A program made the translations under genes and the position numbers. Below, piece by piece: positions 1-9,955 of a DNA stretch of 64,000 bases. Every line of letters starts with the position of its first letter. Within the stretch, counting starts at the first letter, position 1. The DNA is from an uncultured Candidatus Rokubacteria bacterium (GTDB taxonomy: Bacteria > Methylomirabilota > Methylomirabilia > Rokubacteriales > CSP1-6), in NCBI GenBank assembly GCA_963754315.1, contig CAVWFS010000019.1:288001-352000 (forward strand). The letters are read 5' to 3'. The notes under the pieces were generated by a model. The model saw only the letters and a program-made list of their open reading frames with translations, was not told the DNA's origin and ran no database searches.

Positions 1-625
1 AGTCCTTTTCCTCGACGAGCTCCCCGAGTTCCAGCGCCACGTGCTGGAGTCACTGCGGCAGCCGCTGGAGGACGGGAAGGTCACCATCACCCGCGCTGGC
101 GGCGTCGGCCACTTCCCCGCTCGTTTCCAGCTCGTCGGCGCCGCCAATCCCTGCCGCCGCGGCTGCTCCTCCCTCGATCGCTGTCTGTGCACTCCGGCCG
201 AGCGGCAACGCTATCTTGGCCGCCTCTCCCGCCCGCTCCTCGACCGCATCGACCTCCACGTGGAGTTACCGGCCATCGCCCCGTCCGCCCTGCATGCCGG
301 CACCCCGCCCGAGGGCTCCGCTGCTATTCGCGCGCGCGTGCTCCAGGCGCGCGAGCGGCAACGTCAGCGGCTTGGGCCGCTGCGCGTCCGCACGAACGCC
401 GAGATGCCACCTCGTCTCCTTCGGCGCCTGTGCCGTCTCGGGCCCGAGACGCAGTCACTCCTGACGGCGGCCGCTGACCGGCTCGGGCTTTCCGCCCGCG
501 GCCACGACCGCATCATCAAGGTCGCGCGCACCATCGCCGACTTGGCTGGCGCCGACGCGATCGCCGCCGAGCACTGTGCCGAGGCCATCCAGTACCGCGG
601 CCTCGACCGTCCGTGGCGCTGGTGA
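1..625 (+). CDS. comM: ComM/YifB Mg-chelatase-like AAA+ ATPase, C-terminal part (5' end outside window)
   Basis: Frame open from the window edge: VLFLDELPEF (Walker B), LRQPLEDG, FPARFQLVGAANPC, LLDRIDL, LSARGHDRIIKVARTIADL, EAIQYR. Confidence 0.92.
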   Translation, partial: VLFLDELPEFQRHVLESLRQPLEDGKVTITRAGGVGHFPARFQLVGAANPCRRGCSSLDRCLCTPAERQRYLGRLSRPLLDRIDLHVELPAIAPSALHAGTPPEGSAAIRARVLQARERQRQRLGPLRVRTNAEMPPRLLRRLCRLGPETQSLLTAAADRLGLSARGHDRIIKVARTIADLAGADAIAAEHCAEAIQYRGLDRPWRW

Positions 626-680
626 GCGTCGTTCCTGCAGGGAGCGCAGAAAGTTAAGCAGGTTCCCGTTTGTCGGCGGG

Positions 681-2141
681 TCAGGCAGGCTCGTCGCTGC
701 GGGCCAGAAAATCGACGACGCGCTCGATCATCTCCTTCTTCGGGTAGATGGCGTTCAAGATGCGCGCGCGGGTCAAGGGGTCGCTGGCGAAGAAACGCTC
801 GTAGAGGACCTGCCGGCTACCAAAGGCGCTCCCGGCGATGTCCCACGCGAGGCGGAAGAGCTTGACTCGGTCGCGTGCGGTTGCCGTGTCAGTGGCCAAG
901 TAGCGGTCGATGTCCGGGGCCACCGGGCTCGCGAAGTCCGCCTCGTTGGGGATGATCATGAAGCTGCTGGAGCCAAGGAGCTGCAGGATCTCCACCATGC
1001 GGGGATAGGCGGTCATAAAGAGGTTGCGGGTGGTTTCCACCGGAAGCCGGGCCGGGCACATGACGCCCCATTCGTCGAGCTCGGCATCGGCCTCGGCGGC
1101 GCGCATGCAGGCGCGCATGATCTCGGTGTACATCATCAACTCCCCCAGACGCTCCTCGACGTGAGGGAGCTGCGCATTGCCCAGAGTCTCGGTCATGAGC
1201 AGGGCCACCCCCACCACGAACTCGCACTTAGCCAGATTCTTGGCGGCGCCCTGATGAGCCGAATGCATGGAGGAACCGGTGCCGAAGGCGGTGCCGTTGA
1301 CCAGAGACACGTCGCCCAGCAGGAACACCCGCTCCCAGGGGACGAGGACGTCATCGAAGAAGACCACGCAGTCCATCTCCTCGAAGCGCGACCCGAGAGG
1401 GTGATCGAAGCGCGAGCGGCCCAGGTCGAAGCTTTCGCGTGCCAGGAACCTGAGCCCGGGTGTCCCGCAGGGGATGGCGAAGTTGAGGGCGAAGGGGCTG
1501 TGCCCCTCCGTCAAGCGCCCTAGCCGTGGGGAATACACGGCGATCTCGTCGGCCAATGGCCCCAGGGTCGCCAGCACGCGGGCCCCGCGCACGACGATGC
1601 CGGCGGCCGTCTCCCGCACCATCTGCAGGGCTGTCCCCTCCTCCAGATTGAAGGCGCCCGACACCGTCCGGCTCCGCTGCAGATTGATCAGCGCGTGGGT
1701 CAGCGTGAGATCCTTCTCGCGGATGTGCTCGTAATAACGCCGGATGTTCTCCGCGAACTCGGGCCGACTTCGCGCAAAGTAGGGGGCCGCCGCCGCCCAG
1801 GCCGCAAAGGTGACGTTCATGAAGTCGGGCGAGCGCCCCATCATTCCGCACGTCGTGCGCGCCCAGTGCAGCATCATCACGCGCCGCTGTTCCAGCTCGG
1901 CGTGCGTACGCGGAACGATGAAGGACAGCCCCACCCGATCGCCGCTCGTCGGCGACACGTACGTCATCGCCTCGCGGAGTGAGGGGTCGTACTGCATGTC
2001 GTAGAGCGACGCAATCGCCTCCGCGCCCCGCCGCAGCCCCGGGTGCGTTGTCACGTCAACGACGCGCTCTCCGCCCAGCCACACCTCTCGCGGCTGCTCC
2101 TGTAACCCCTTGAGGTATTCGCGTCCATTTCGCGCTGGCAT
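681..2141 (-). CDS. hpaB: 4-hydroxyphenylacetate 3-monooxygenase-family oxygenase component (HpaB-like)
   Basis: MPARNGREYLKGL..REVWLGGERV.DVTTHP, GMMGRSPDFMN, FDHPLGSRFEEMD, FGSRQVLYERFF. Start set at ATG 2141 because the longer ORF only reads through the upstream repeat. Confidence 0.9.
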   Translation of the reverse strand: MPARNGREYLKGLQEQPREVWLGGERVVDVTTHPGLRRGAEAIASLYDMQYDPSLREAMTYVSPTSGDRVGLSFIVPRTHAELEQRRVMMLHWARTTCGMMGRSPDFMNVTFAAWAAAAPYFARSRPEFAENIRRYYEHIREKDLTLTHALINLQRSRTVSGAFNLEEGTALQMVRETAAGIVVRGARVLATLGPLADEIAVYSPRLGRLTEGHSPFALNFAIPCGTPGLRFLARESFDLGRSRFDHPLGSRFEEMDCVVFFDDVLVPWERVFLLGDVSLVNGTAFGTGSSMHSAHQGAAKNLAKCEFVVGVALLMTETLGNAQLPHVEERLGELMMYTEIMRACMRAAEADAELDEWGVMCPARLPVETTRNLFMTAYPRMVEILQLLGSSSFMIIPNEADFASPVAPDIDRYLATDTATARDRVKLFRLAWDIAGSAFGSRQVLYERFFASDPLTRARILNAIYPKKEMIERVVDFLARSDEPA

Positions 2142-2210
2142 AGTGCTCTCCTGAAGGGCAGGCCACCGGTCCCCGTGGTGGCCTAGGGTACCGCCTTCTC
2201 GACATCGGCG

Positions 2211-2387
2211 CGAGGCCCCGGACCTCGGGATATCGAGACGCGCCACGGGTTCCCCGGGGCGCGGCGAGCGCCGGGGGGCTTGGGGGCCCTTCGAGGCCCC
2301 GGACGCAAGCGTGATATCGAGACGCGCCACGGGTTCCCCGGGGCGCGGCGAGCGCCGGGGGGCTTGGGGGGCCCTTCGAGGCCCCCC
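2211..2387. repeat. Two tandem ~84-bp direct repeats, each ending in a GC hairpin (REP/BIME-like)
   Basis: Unit gatatcgagacgcgccacgggttccccggggcgcggcgagcgccggggggcttgggggcccttcgaggcccc starts at 2229 and 2313; a partial cgaggccccggac lies at 2211; hairpin is gggggcc-cttcga-ggccccc. Confidence 0.9.
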
Positions 2388-2398
2388 AACATAACGAA

Positions 2399-3097
2399 TC
2401 ACACTCCGATGAGCTGGGCGAGGCGCTCGGGATCGGTGCGGAGCGGGGCCGACTCCCCATCATAGACGATGCGCCCCTTGTCCATGATGACCACGCGCGC
2501 GGCAAAGGCGAGCGCCACGCGACTGTTCTGCTCGACCAGCACGATCGAGAGAGCCCGCTCCCGCCGCAGGCGCAGCAGCACACTGGTGAGCGTCTCCACA
2601 ATCACCGGTGCCAGGCCCTCAGTCGGCTCGTCCATGAGCAACACCGAAGGGTTGGTGAGAAGCGCCCTCGCAATCGACAGCATCTGCTGCTCACCTCCCG
2701 AGAGGTGATGTCCCATGTGAGACAATCGCTCACGCAAAATCGGAAACAGCTCGAAGATCCTGTCGGGGGTCCAATGCCCCGGCCGGGCACCCACCTCGAG
2801 GTTCTCACGGACGCTGAGCGATGGAAAAATCTCGCGCTCCTGGGGAACGAACCCGATGCCGCGGAGCGCGCGGCGAAAGATCGGGACGCGGTTGAGGCTG
2901 GCGCCGGCAAGCATCACCTCGCCATTGTGCAAGGTGGTGTGGCCCATCACCGTCCCTAACAGGGTGGTCTTGCCGACCCCATTGCGGCCGATCACGCTAA
3001 CGCTCTCCCCCGGCGCCACGGTGAGATCGATGTCTTCGAGCACGACGGTCTCGCCATACCCCGCCGAGACGTGGCGCAGCTCGAGCGCGCTAGCCAT
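2399..3097 (-). CDS. livF: HAAT/Liv-family ABC transporter ATP-binding protein (LivF-like)
   Basis: GRNGVGKTT Walker A, LSGGEQQ signature, LLMDEP, LVEQN; start at MASALEL. Confidence 0.9.
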   Translation of the reverse strand: MASALELRHVSAGYGETVVLEDIDLTVAPGESVSVIGRNGVGKTTLLGTVMGHTTLHNGEVMLAGASLNRVPIFRRALRGIGFVPQEREIFPSLSVRENLEVGARPGHWTPDRIFELFPILRERLSHMGHHLSGGEQQMLSIARALLTNPSVLLMDEPTEGLAPVIVETLTSVLLRLRRERALSIVLVEQNSRVALAFAARVVIMDKGRIVYDGESAPLRTDPERLAQLIGV

Positions 3098-3881
3098 GAG
3101 GAGCCTGGCCAAGATAGACGGCGCGCACGCCGGCATCGGCGCCGATCTCCCGGGGACTGCCGCTGGCGAAGACGGCACCACTCACTAGCACCGTAATCTG
3201 CTCGGCAAATCGAAACACGAGGTCCATGTCATGGTCGATGATGAGCACGCCAATGTGGCGGGGCAGACGGTCGATAGCGTCGAGGATGATGTGACTCTCG
3301 GCGCTCGGCACCCCGGCCGCGGGTTCGTCCAGCAGCAGCACCTCCGGCCGCAAGCCGAGCGCGATGGCAATCTCGACCAGACGTTGGCGGCCATAGGGCA
3401 GCTCCACGATCCGGTGCCCGGCATCATCCGTCAGCTTCAGCGTCTCCAGCAGATGCATCGACTCGTCCACAACCTCTCGACAGCAGCCCGCCGGGCGGAA
3501 CATGGAGGGGGCGACCCCCGCGCGCTCGGCGACCGCGATGTACACGTTCTCCAGCACCGAGAGTCCCCGGAACAGCCGATTGATCTGGAAGGTGCGTGCG
3601 ATGCCCAGCTTGACCCGCTCTGCCTGAGCGGCTCCGGTGATCGGCCGGCCCCTCAGCAGCACCTGGCCCGATGTGGGCTGCAGCACCCCGGTGAGCAGAT
3701 TGATGAAGGTGGTCTTGCCAGCCCCGTTGGGACCAATCAGCGCGTGGCGAGCTCCCCCCTCGAGCCGAAAGTTGATGTGGCGGGCCACGGCGAGGGCGCC
3801 GAAGTTTCGGCAGAGATCACGGGTCTCGAGGAGGGGGACGCTCCCTGGGTGGGAAGCGGCAGGGACCGGTGTCGCACTCAT
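3090..3881 (-). CDS. livG: HAAT/Liv-family ABC transporter ATP-binding protein (LivG-like)
   Basis: GPNGAGKTT, RTFQ, LPYGRQRLVEIA, LLDEPAAG, IIDHDM. ATG at 3881 overlaps the upstream stop. The 621-aa track ORF is a frameshift fusion with livM. Confidence 0.88.
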   Translation of the reverse strand: MSATPVPAASHPGSVPLLETRDLCRNFGALAVARHINFRLEGGARHALIGPNGAGKTTFINLLTGVLQPTSGQVLLRGRPITGAAQAERVKLGIARTFQINRLFRGLSVLENVYIAVAERAGVAPSMFRPAGCCREVVDESMHLLETLKLTDDAGHRIVELPYGRQRLVEIAIALGLRPEVLLLDEPAAGVPSAESHIILDAIDRLPRHIGVLIIDHDMDLVFRFAEQITVLVSGAVFASGSPREIGADAGVRAVYLGQAPHG

Positions 3882-4919
3882 CGTCGCTCGCGACCTGCTC
3901 GAGCAGTTGGAGCGCTCCCACGCCCGACGGTGCTCCAGACGGCGTCCGCCAGGCCGAGCACGCCGTTGCGGGCAAAGAGCGCGATGACCATGAGCAAGAG
4001 CCCCAGGCCGAGCTGCCAGGCGGTGGGATACACCTTCGCGAGGAAATGGGCGAGCACCATGTAGGCCACCGCCCCCACGAAGGCACCGTACAGGCGGCCG
4101 GCGCCGCCGAGGACCAGAATAATAAGGACGGTGGCTGCCCGCTCGAGGCCGAGGGTGCCCAGATTGACGTAGGCGTTGGCCTGGGCCCATATTCCCCCCG
4201 CCACACCGGCGATGGCCGCCGAGAGGCCGTAGCAGGTGACGAGCCGCGCCCGTACCGGTGCCCCTACCGCATGCATCCGCAGCACGTTCTCGCGGATCCC
4301 TCGCAGACTCTGGCCGAACGGCGAGTACACCAAGGTACGTACGAAGGCAAAGCAGAGGAGCAGCACGGTGAGGACATAGAGATACTGCGTCCGCGGATAG
4401 AGCGGATTGAACTCGAACACGCCCCAGCAGCGGCCTGATGGCCAGGCTGTCAAGGCCGTCAAACCCTCCGGTGTAGTCGTGGGCCAGATTGGCGGCTTCC
4501 TCGAGCAGGGTCATGGTGCACAGGGTGAGCATGAGCAGGGTCAAGCCGTGCGTACGCAGCAGCACCACACCCGACCCGAGACCGACCACGGCCGCCACCG
4601 CCGCGGCCAGAATCAGGCCCGTGACTGGCTCGTTCCAGATGCCGTGCTTGGCCAGCATGCCCACCGTGTACGCGCCGACGCCGAAGAACGCGGCGTGGCC
4701 GAGGGTCACGATCCCGGCGTAGCCGAGCACGAGGTCGAGGGACAAAGCGAAGAGAATGGTGATCAGCAGCTCGGTTCCGAATCCCAGATGATTCGGGAAG
4801 ACGAAGTACAGTGCGATGGCCAGCACCCACGGGATGGGCTCCCACACCCGCAGCCGGTGGCGTCCGGCCAGGGCGAGGGCGGCTGTCTGCTCGGCCACGG
4901 CCGCTGAAGACGCGGTCAC
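3878..4919 (-). CDS. livM: Liv-family ABC permease (LivM-like), apparent +1 frameshift near 4422-4425
   Basis: N-half (LDLVLGYAGIVTLGHAAFFG) and C-half (SPFGQSLRGIREN, ILVLGGAG) lie in different frames and join by removing one base from a C4 run. Confidence 0.85.
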
Positions 4920-5791
4920 GTCGCTCGACCGCCGAACAGGCCCTGCGGCCGCCACAGCAAGAGCAGGATTGTCAGCGCGTAGATGAACAAGGTCCCACCC
5001 TGGGGAAGGTACTTCTTGAGCACGAAGTCAAGCACACCGATGAGGAGGGCCGCATAGAAGACGCCGGTCACCCGCCCGAGGCCGCCCACGGCCACCACGA
5101 TCAGGAAGTAGACGAGGTACTTAAGCGGATACTGCGGATCGAGGCCGAGAAACTCGGCGCCGAGCCCACCTCCGAGGGCGGCCATCCCACTGCCGAACGC
5201 GAAGGTGAGACTGAACAGGCGATCGATGTTAATGCCCAGCGATTCGGCCATGCGTCGGTTGTCGACGGCGGCGCGGATCTGGGCCCCCACGCGCGTTCGC
5301 TCGAAGCCCAGCCAGAGACCGACCACGAGCGCGATCCCGATCACGATCAGGACAACACTGTACGTACGATAGCGCGTCACGCCGAGATCGATCTGACCCT
5401 GGAGAGCGGGAGGAAGAACGAGCGGCTGGTTCTCTGGTCCCAGTGTCAATGTCACCGAGGCGATCATCACGAACACGAGGCCGATGGTGAAGAGCACCTG
5501 GTCAAGTTCGGGGGCGCGGTAGAGTCGCGCATACAGCGCACGTTCGAAGAGCACGCTCGCGGCAGCGGTGGCCACGAATCCGAGGACAAGGGCGGGTACG
5601 AAGCCGACGCCGCCTTGCTTCATGGCGAGGACGATCGCGTAGCCGCCAAGCATGGCAAAGCCGCCATGGGCGAGGTTGACGAAGCCCATCAAGCCCATGG
5701 TGACGGACAGGCCAACCGACACGATGAAGAGCACCATGCCGGCCGCCACGCCGCCCAGGAGCATGCTGGCGACGTCGACGCCGAAGATCAC
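4916..5791 (-). CDS. livH: Liv-family ABC permease (LivH-like)
   Basis: GLMGFVNLAHGGF, TRVGAQIRAAVDN, VVAVGGLG, WRPQGLFG. Confidence 0.9.
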   Translation of the reverse strand: MIFGVDVASMLLGGVAAGMVLFIVSVGLSVTMGLMGFVNLAHGGFAMLGGYAIVLAMKQGGVGFVPALVLGFVATAAASVLFERALYARLYRAPELDQVLFTIGLVFVMIASVTLTLGPENQPLVLPPALQGQIDLGVTRYRTYSVVLIVIGIALVVGLWLGFERTRVGAQIRAAVDNRRMAESLGINIDRLFSLTFAFGSGMAALGGGLGAEFLGLDPQYPLKYLVYFLIVVAVGGLGRVTGVFYAALLIGVLDFVLKKYLPQGGTLFIYALTILLLLWRPQGLFGGRAT

Positions 5792-5839
5792 GGAGCGCGG
5801 CCGCGGTGAGGGGACTTCACCACGCCCGCTGCCCCGGAA

Positions 5840-7048
5840 TCACTTCGGGGCGCACGGTCCGATCTTCTGCTCCTTGCACGCGTCCTTCACGGCATCGATC
5901 TTGCCAATCACCTTCTGGACGACGCGACCGTCCTTGAGGACCGCCTCCGACAAATACTCGTTCATGACGATGTCCCGGGTGACCGGATCGATCATGATGG
6001 GTCCGCGCGGGCTATCGAACTTCCAGCCCTTCAGCGCCTCCAGTGCCTTGTCGGTGTCAATCTTGCCCTTGAGGGCCTGGACCACGTGGACGATCGCGGC
6101 CATTCCGTCGTAGCCTCCCACCGCCATGAAGTCGGGGGTGGAGTTAGCCCCGTACTCCTTCTTCCACGCCTCGACGAAGCGTCGGTTTTCGGGATTGTCG
6201 AGATCCGCGTTGTAGTGGTGCATGGTGATGAGACCGGCCGCGGCCGGTCCCATGGCCTGCAGCTTGGTGTCCTGGGTGATGTCGCCCGGCCCGATGAGCT
6301 TGATGCCGGCCTCGCGCATACCGAGGGCAGCGTACGTCTTGACCACAGCCGCGGCGTGATCTCCCGCCGGCACGAATACGAAGAAGACGTCCGGCTTCTT
6401 GTCCTTGGCCCTCTGGAAGAAGGGAGTGAAGTCGGGCACGGCCCCGGCCCCGCCCATGGGGATCTCATCGATCACCTTGCCGCCGGCGCCCTCGAAGGCT
6501 CGCTTGAACGCCGCCAGGCTGTCCTTGCCGGGCGGAAAGTCGGTGTAGCCCACGACGGCGGTCTTCGCCTTGAGGAGCTTGGCGGCGGCTTCGCCCATGG
6601 CATAACCGGCGTGCCACATGCTGAACGACGTGCGGACATAGTAAGGCGACATGTTCGTGATCTGCGCGGTGCCGGCGTTCATGATCATGCCCAGCTTCTT
6701 ACCTGCCGTCACGATAGGAGCGGTGGCGATGGCATTGGGCGAGTAAATCCAGCCGGCCAGGATGTCGACTTGATCCTGGGTGAGAAGCTCCTGGACGGCA
6801 ATCTTGGCGTTGGCGCCCCCGGGGTCTTTCACGTCCCGCTTGATCAGGGTGATCTTGTAGGGCTTCACCTTCTCGGCGTTGAGCTTGAGGTAGAGCTCCA
6901 TGCCCCGGTCTACCTGCTGGGCGAACTCGGCCCCGATGCCGGTGTAGGGCAAGTTCACCCCGACCTTGACTTCCTGGGCATGAGCCCAGCCGGCAACCAT
7001 GACAATAGCTGCCGCTATCGCGATGATCTGCTTGATCATGTTTGGCAT
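5840..7048 (-). CDS. Liv-type (PBP1) ABC substrate-binding protein, possibly for aromatic acids
   Basis: Signal peptide ending AHA-QEVKVG; Leu/Ile/Val-binding-family features (PYTG, GGYDG, DSPRGP). Substrate inferred only from hpaB context. Confidence 0.88.
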   Translation of the reverse strand: MPNMIKQIIAIAAAIVMVAGWAHAQEVKVGVNLPYTGIGAEFAQQVDRGMELYLKLNAEKVKPYKITLIKRDVKDPGGANAKIAVQELLTQDQVDILAGWIYSPNAIATAPIVTAGKKLGMIMNAGTAQITNMSPYYVRTSFSMWHAGYAMGEAAAKLLKAKTAVVGYTDFPPGKDSLAAFKRAFEGAGGKVIDEIPMGGAGAVPDFTPFFQRAKDKKPDVFFVFVPAGDHAAAVVKTYAALGMREAGIKLIGPGDITQDTKLQAMGPAAAGLITMHHYNADLDNPENRRFVEAWKKEYGANSTPDFMAVGGYDGMAAIVHVVQALKGKIDTDKALEALKGWKFDSPRGPIMIDPVTRDIVMNEYLSEAVLKDGRVVQKVIGKIDAVKDACKEQKIGPCAPK

Positions 7049-7252
7049 TCCTCCCCCGGTCAGAATGAAGACGGTCGGCCACGAACTGGGATCGGCGAAT
7101 ACTAGGCCAAGAAGGCAACGGGTGCAAGGCGGGCAAAGTTCCGGCCCGTTCCGGCCCTAGGAGCATCGGGCCGCCTCCGCACGGGGCGCGGTCACGGTGC
7201 TAGAATCCGCTGCGAAACAGCAGGTGACCAGAGGAGCGATAAGGAGCGCGCG

Positions 7253-8059
7253 ATGACGACCAGCAATCCGCGGGGGTCGGTGTGGGAGACGGTCCTCTAC
7301 GAGAAAAAGGGGGCGATCTGCCACATCGTCCTGAACCGGCCCCACAAGCTCAACGCCGCCAACGACCAACTGGTAGAAGAGGTCAACGACGCGCTGTTCG
7401 AGTTCGACGCCGATCCCGATCTTCAGGTGGCCATCATCTCGGGCGCGGGCCGGGCCTTCTGCTCCGGGGCCGACGTACGGCAGCGCCAGCTCCGCTCACC
7501 CGAGGAGTTGCGACGGCTGGGGGGACCCGCCGGTCGCCGCTCCCGCGAGAACGGGCTGGCCGACACCGTCAACTGGAAGCCGGTGATCGGCGCTGTACAC
7601 GGCTACGCGCTGGGCCTCGGCTACGCCCTGGCCCAATCCTGCGATCTGGTGGTGGCCGCGGAGGGAACACGCTTTCAGATCCGTGAGGTGCAGCGCGGGC
7701 TCGCGGGAGGGCAACACTGGGTGGCGACGTGGTTCTGGACGGGTAGCCGCTTCGCGAACGAGGTAGCCCTCACGGGTCGCATGTTCACGGCCGAGGAAGG
7801 ACTTCAGCACGGCATGGTCAATCGGGTGGTGCCAGCGGCCGCGCTGCTACCCACAGCCGAGGCGCTCGCTGGCGAGATCATCGACAATCCGCCCCTCGCC
7901 GTCCGCGCCAACGTGCGGGTCATGCGCTGGTTCGTCAACGAGATGCACCGCCAATCACGCTTCTATACGCAAGGACGGGCCCTGCATCTCACCGACGACT
8001 TCCGCGAGTCGGCGGCGGCATTCGTCGAGAAGCGCAAGCCGACCTTCAAGGGCAAGTAG
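7253..8059 (+). CDS. Enoyl-CoA hydratase/isomerase (crotonase) family protein
   Basis: LNRPHKLNA, GRAFCSGAD, KPVIGAVHGYALG, LTGRMFTAEE, FVEKRKPTF. Confidence 0.9.
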   Translation: MTTSNPRGSVWETVLYEKKGAICHIVLNRPHKLNAANDQLVEEVNDALFEFDADPDLQVAIISGAGRAFCSGADVRQRQLRSPEELRRLGGPAGRRSRENGLADTVNWKPVIGAVHGYALGLGYALAQSCDLVVAAEGTRFQIREVQRGLAGGQHWVATWFWTGSRFANEVALTGRMFTAEEGLQHGMVNRVVPAAALLPTAEALAGEIIDNPPLAVRANVRVMRWFVNEMHRQSRFYTQGRALHLTDDFRESAAAFVEKRKPTFKGK

Positions 8060-8063
8060 CCGT

Positions 8064-8831
8064 ATGCGTGACGAGTCCGCCGTCCTCATCGAACGACAGG
8101 GCACCGTGGCTCTTGTCTCCTTCAATCGGCCCCAGCGCCTGAACGCGTGGAGTCCCGATCTCGGCACCGCCCTCTTGGCCCGCCTGCGGGAAGCCGAGGC
8201 CGACGACGCGGTACGCGGCGTGGTCCTGACAGGGGTGGGCCGGGCCTTTTCCGCCGGCGCCGATCTGAAGAATCCGCAAACACACAGCGTCTCGTCGGCC
8301 GACGAGCACCTCGCCGGGCTGCGCGGCAGCCCTGTCTTCGACACCATCGAGCGATATCCCAAGCCCATCATCAGCGCCGTCAACGGCTACGCAATCGGCA
8401 TCGGCTGTCTCGTACCGCTCTGCGGCGACTTCATACTGGCGGGAGAGCAAGCGGTGTTCTGCTTGCCGCAGGTGAGCCTCGGCATCCTGCCGGCCTATGG
8501 TGGCACCTTGCGCCTGGCGCGGTTTGTCGGCAGAGGCCATGCGCTCAACATGGCACTCACCGGCCGCAAGGTCGGCGCCGAGGAGGCGCTGCGAATGGGG
8601 ATGGTTGTGTCCGTCCTGCCGCAGGAGCGCCTCGTTCCCGAGGCTATCAAGACGATGCAGGCCATCGCCGACATGCCGGTACACGCGGTGCGGCTGGCCC
8701 GTGAGTCGCTCCGACTGGGCTACGAAGGGGGGCTCGCTGCTGCCGCCCACGCCGATCTCTATCGCTTCATGGCGCTGTCACAGACCTCGGATCGGGCTGC
8801 GCGCCATCAGGCCTGGCGGGAACGGCCGTGA
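8064..8831 (+). CDS. Enoyl-CoA hydratase/isomerase (crotonase) family protein
   Basis: FNRPQRLNA, GRAFSAGAD, KPIISAVNGYAIG, LGILPAYGGT. Confidence 0.9.
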   Translation: MRDESAVLIERQGTVALVSFNRPQRLNAWSPDLGTALLARLREAEADDAVRGVVLTGVGRAFSAGADLKNPQTHSVSSADEHLAGLRGSPVFDTIERYPKPIISAVNGYAIGIGCLVPLCGDFILAGEQAVFCLPQVSLGILPAYGGTLRLARFVGRGHALNMALTGRKVGAEEALRMGMVVSVLPQERLVPEAIKTMQAIADMPVHAVRLARESLRLGYEGGLAAAAHADLYRFMALSQTSDRAARHQAWRERP

Positions 8832-8995
8832 TGTCAGGTTCCCCCGACCAAGGTCGGCCCGCCAAACGGATCGCACACGATCTGGGGACAGGTTCACCAC
8901 CGGTTACCGGAAACAATGGGACGCCTTCCGGCGTTGGTGTTAAGTGTCTTGGACCGCGATGGACAATCCATTGTGAGCGAAAGGAGGAGTCGGAA

Positions 8996-9489
8996 ATGAA
9001 GCGACTGACACCCTACGTGCTGGTGACAGCCCTTCTGGTCGCGTTGTGGACGCCGGGACCGGTAGCGGGGGAAGTCGTTGGGGCGGGGCTGAGCGGCTTC
9101 GAGGAAGTTCCGGTCATCGCCACGAGTGGCAGCGGCGCGTTCTTCGCGAGGATCGTCGGGGATACCGCGATTGACTTCGTGCTCGTCTATGAGGACTTGG
9201 AGGGAGGAACGGTTAACGCGGCTCATATCCACCTGGGACAGGTGGGGGTTAACGGCGCGATCGTGATTCACTTTTGTGGTACCGGTGGCAAACCGGCATG
9301 CCCGCCCACGCCGGGCACCCTAGCGGGGACTGTGACGGGGGCGGACGTGGTCGCGGTGCCGGCGCAGGGGATTGCCGCCGGGGATCTGACCGAGGTCATC
9401 CGCGCGATACGAGCGGGAAAGCCTACGCGAACGTCCACACCGCCACCTTTCCCAGCGGTGAGGTCCGCGGGCAGCTCAAGCATCACTAA
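8996..9489 (+). CDS. Secreted CHRD-domain protein, apparent one-base deletion near 9418-9421
   Basis: AAGGAGG RBS and signal peptide; LSGFEEVP, AAHIHLG..G.NG. The CHRD C-terminal motif AYANVHT..FPSGEVRGQL continues in a shifted frame. Confidence 0.85.
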
Positions 9490-9503
9490 TCGTGTGTTGT
9501 CCT

Positions 9504-9549
9504 GCACGCAGGAGCGTCGGGCCTCCCGGATCCCGCCGCTCCTGCGTGC
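9504..9549. terminator. Hairpin between convergent genes (putative bidirectional terminator)
   Basis: 13-bp inverted repeat gcacgcaggagcg / cgctcctgcgtgc; no clear U-tract. Confidence 0.55.
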
Positions 9550-9573
9550 GGGTGAGTCGCCCGTCGGGTTGGG

Positions 9574-9918
9574 TTAGTTGCTGAACAGACGCGTGAAGAA
9601 ATTCTTCACGCTCTGACCAAATGATCGCGCACCTTCTTTGATATTTTCCCCCGTTCGCTTGGCGGGAGGTTCGGCGGCCTGGCCGGCCTCCTTGAGTTTC
9701 TCGCCCGTGAACTTGGCGCCCTCGACTACCGTATTCCCGACTCCCTTCGCGGTCTCCTCCACGCCTTTGCCGACTTCGCCCTGGCCAACTTTTTTGGCAC
9801 CACTCTCCACCTGCTGGGTGGCGCCCTTCACCTTCGACTCGTCAGCCGCCTGCGCGCTCGGCGCACATATCAGCACTGTCCCAAAAACTAGCCACGCTCC
9901 CCGACGAATCATCTGCAT
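9574..9918 (-). CDS. Small secreted hydrophilic protein (K/G/E/A-rich)
   Basis: AGGAGG RBS at 9925-9930; signal peptide ending AQA-ADE; repetitive VESGAKKVG..VEETAKGVG..VEGAKFTG segments. Confidence 0.7.
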   Translation of the reverse strand: MQMIRRGAWLVFGTVLICAPSAQAADESKVKGATQQVESGAKKVGQGEVGKGVEETAKGVGNTVVEGAKFTGEKLKEAGQAAEPPAKRTGENIKEGARSFGQSVKNFFTRLFSN

Positions 9919-9955
9919 GATCGACCTCCTGTCGAGGACTTCAAATGTTTGATCG

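Noticed and set aside
2211..2387. CRISPR array
   Set aside because: Only two long units with 5-8-nt variable linkers, no spacer-sized unique segments and no cas genes.
2142..2402. 87-aa repetitive N-terminal extension of HpaB
   Set aside because: It is the translation of the DNA repeat; family similarity begins at MPARNG.
3090..4955. Natural LivM-LivG fusion (621 aa)
   Set aside because: The middle is out-of-frame sequence caused by a +1 indel; livG has its own ATG overlapping the true livM stop.
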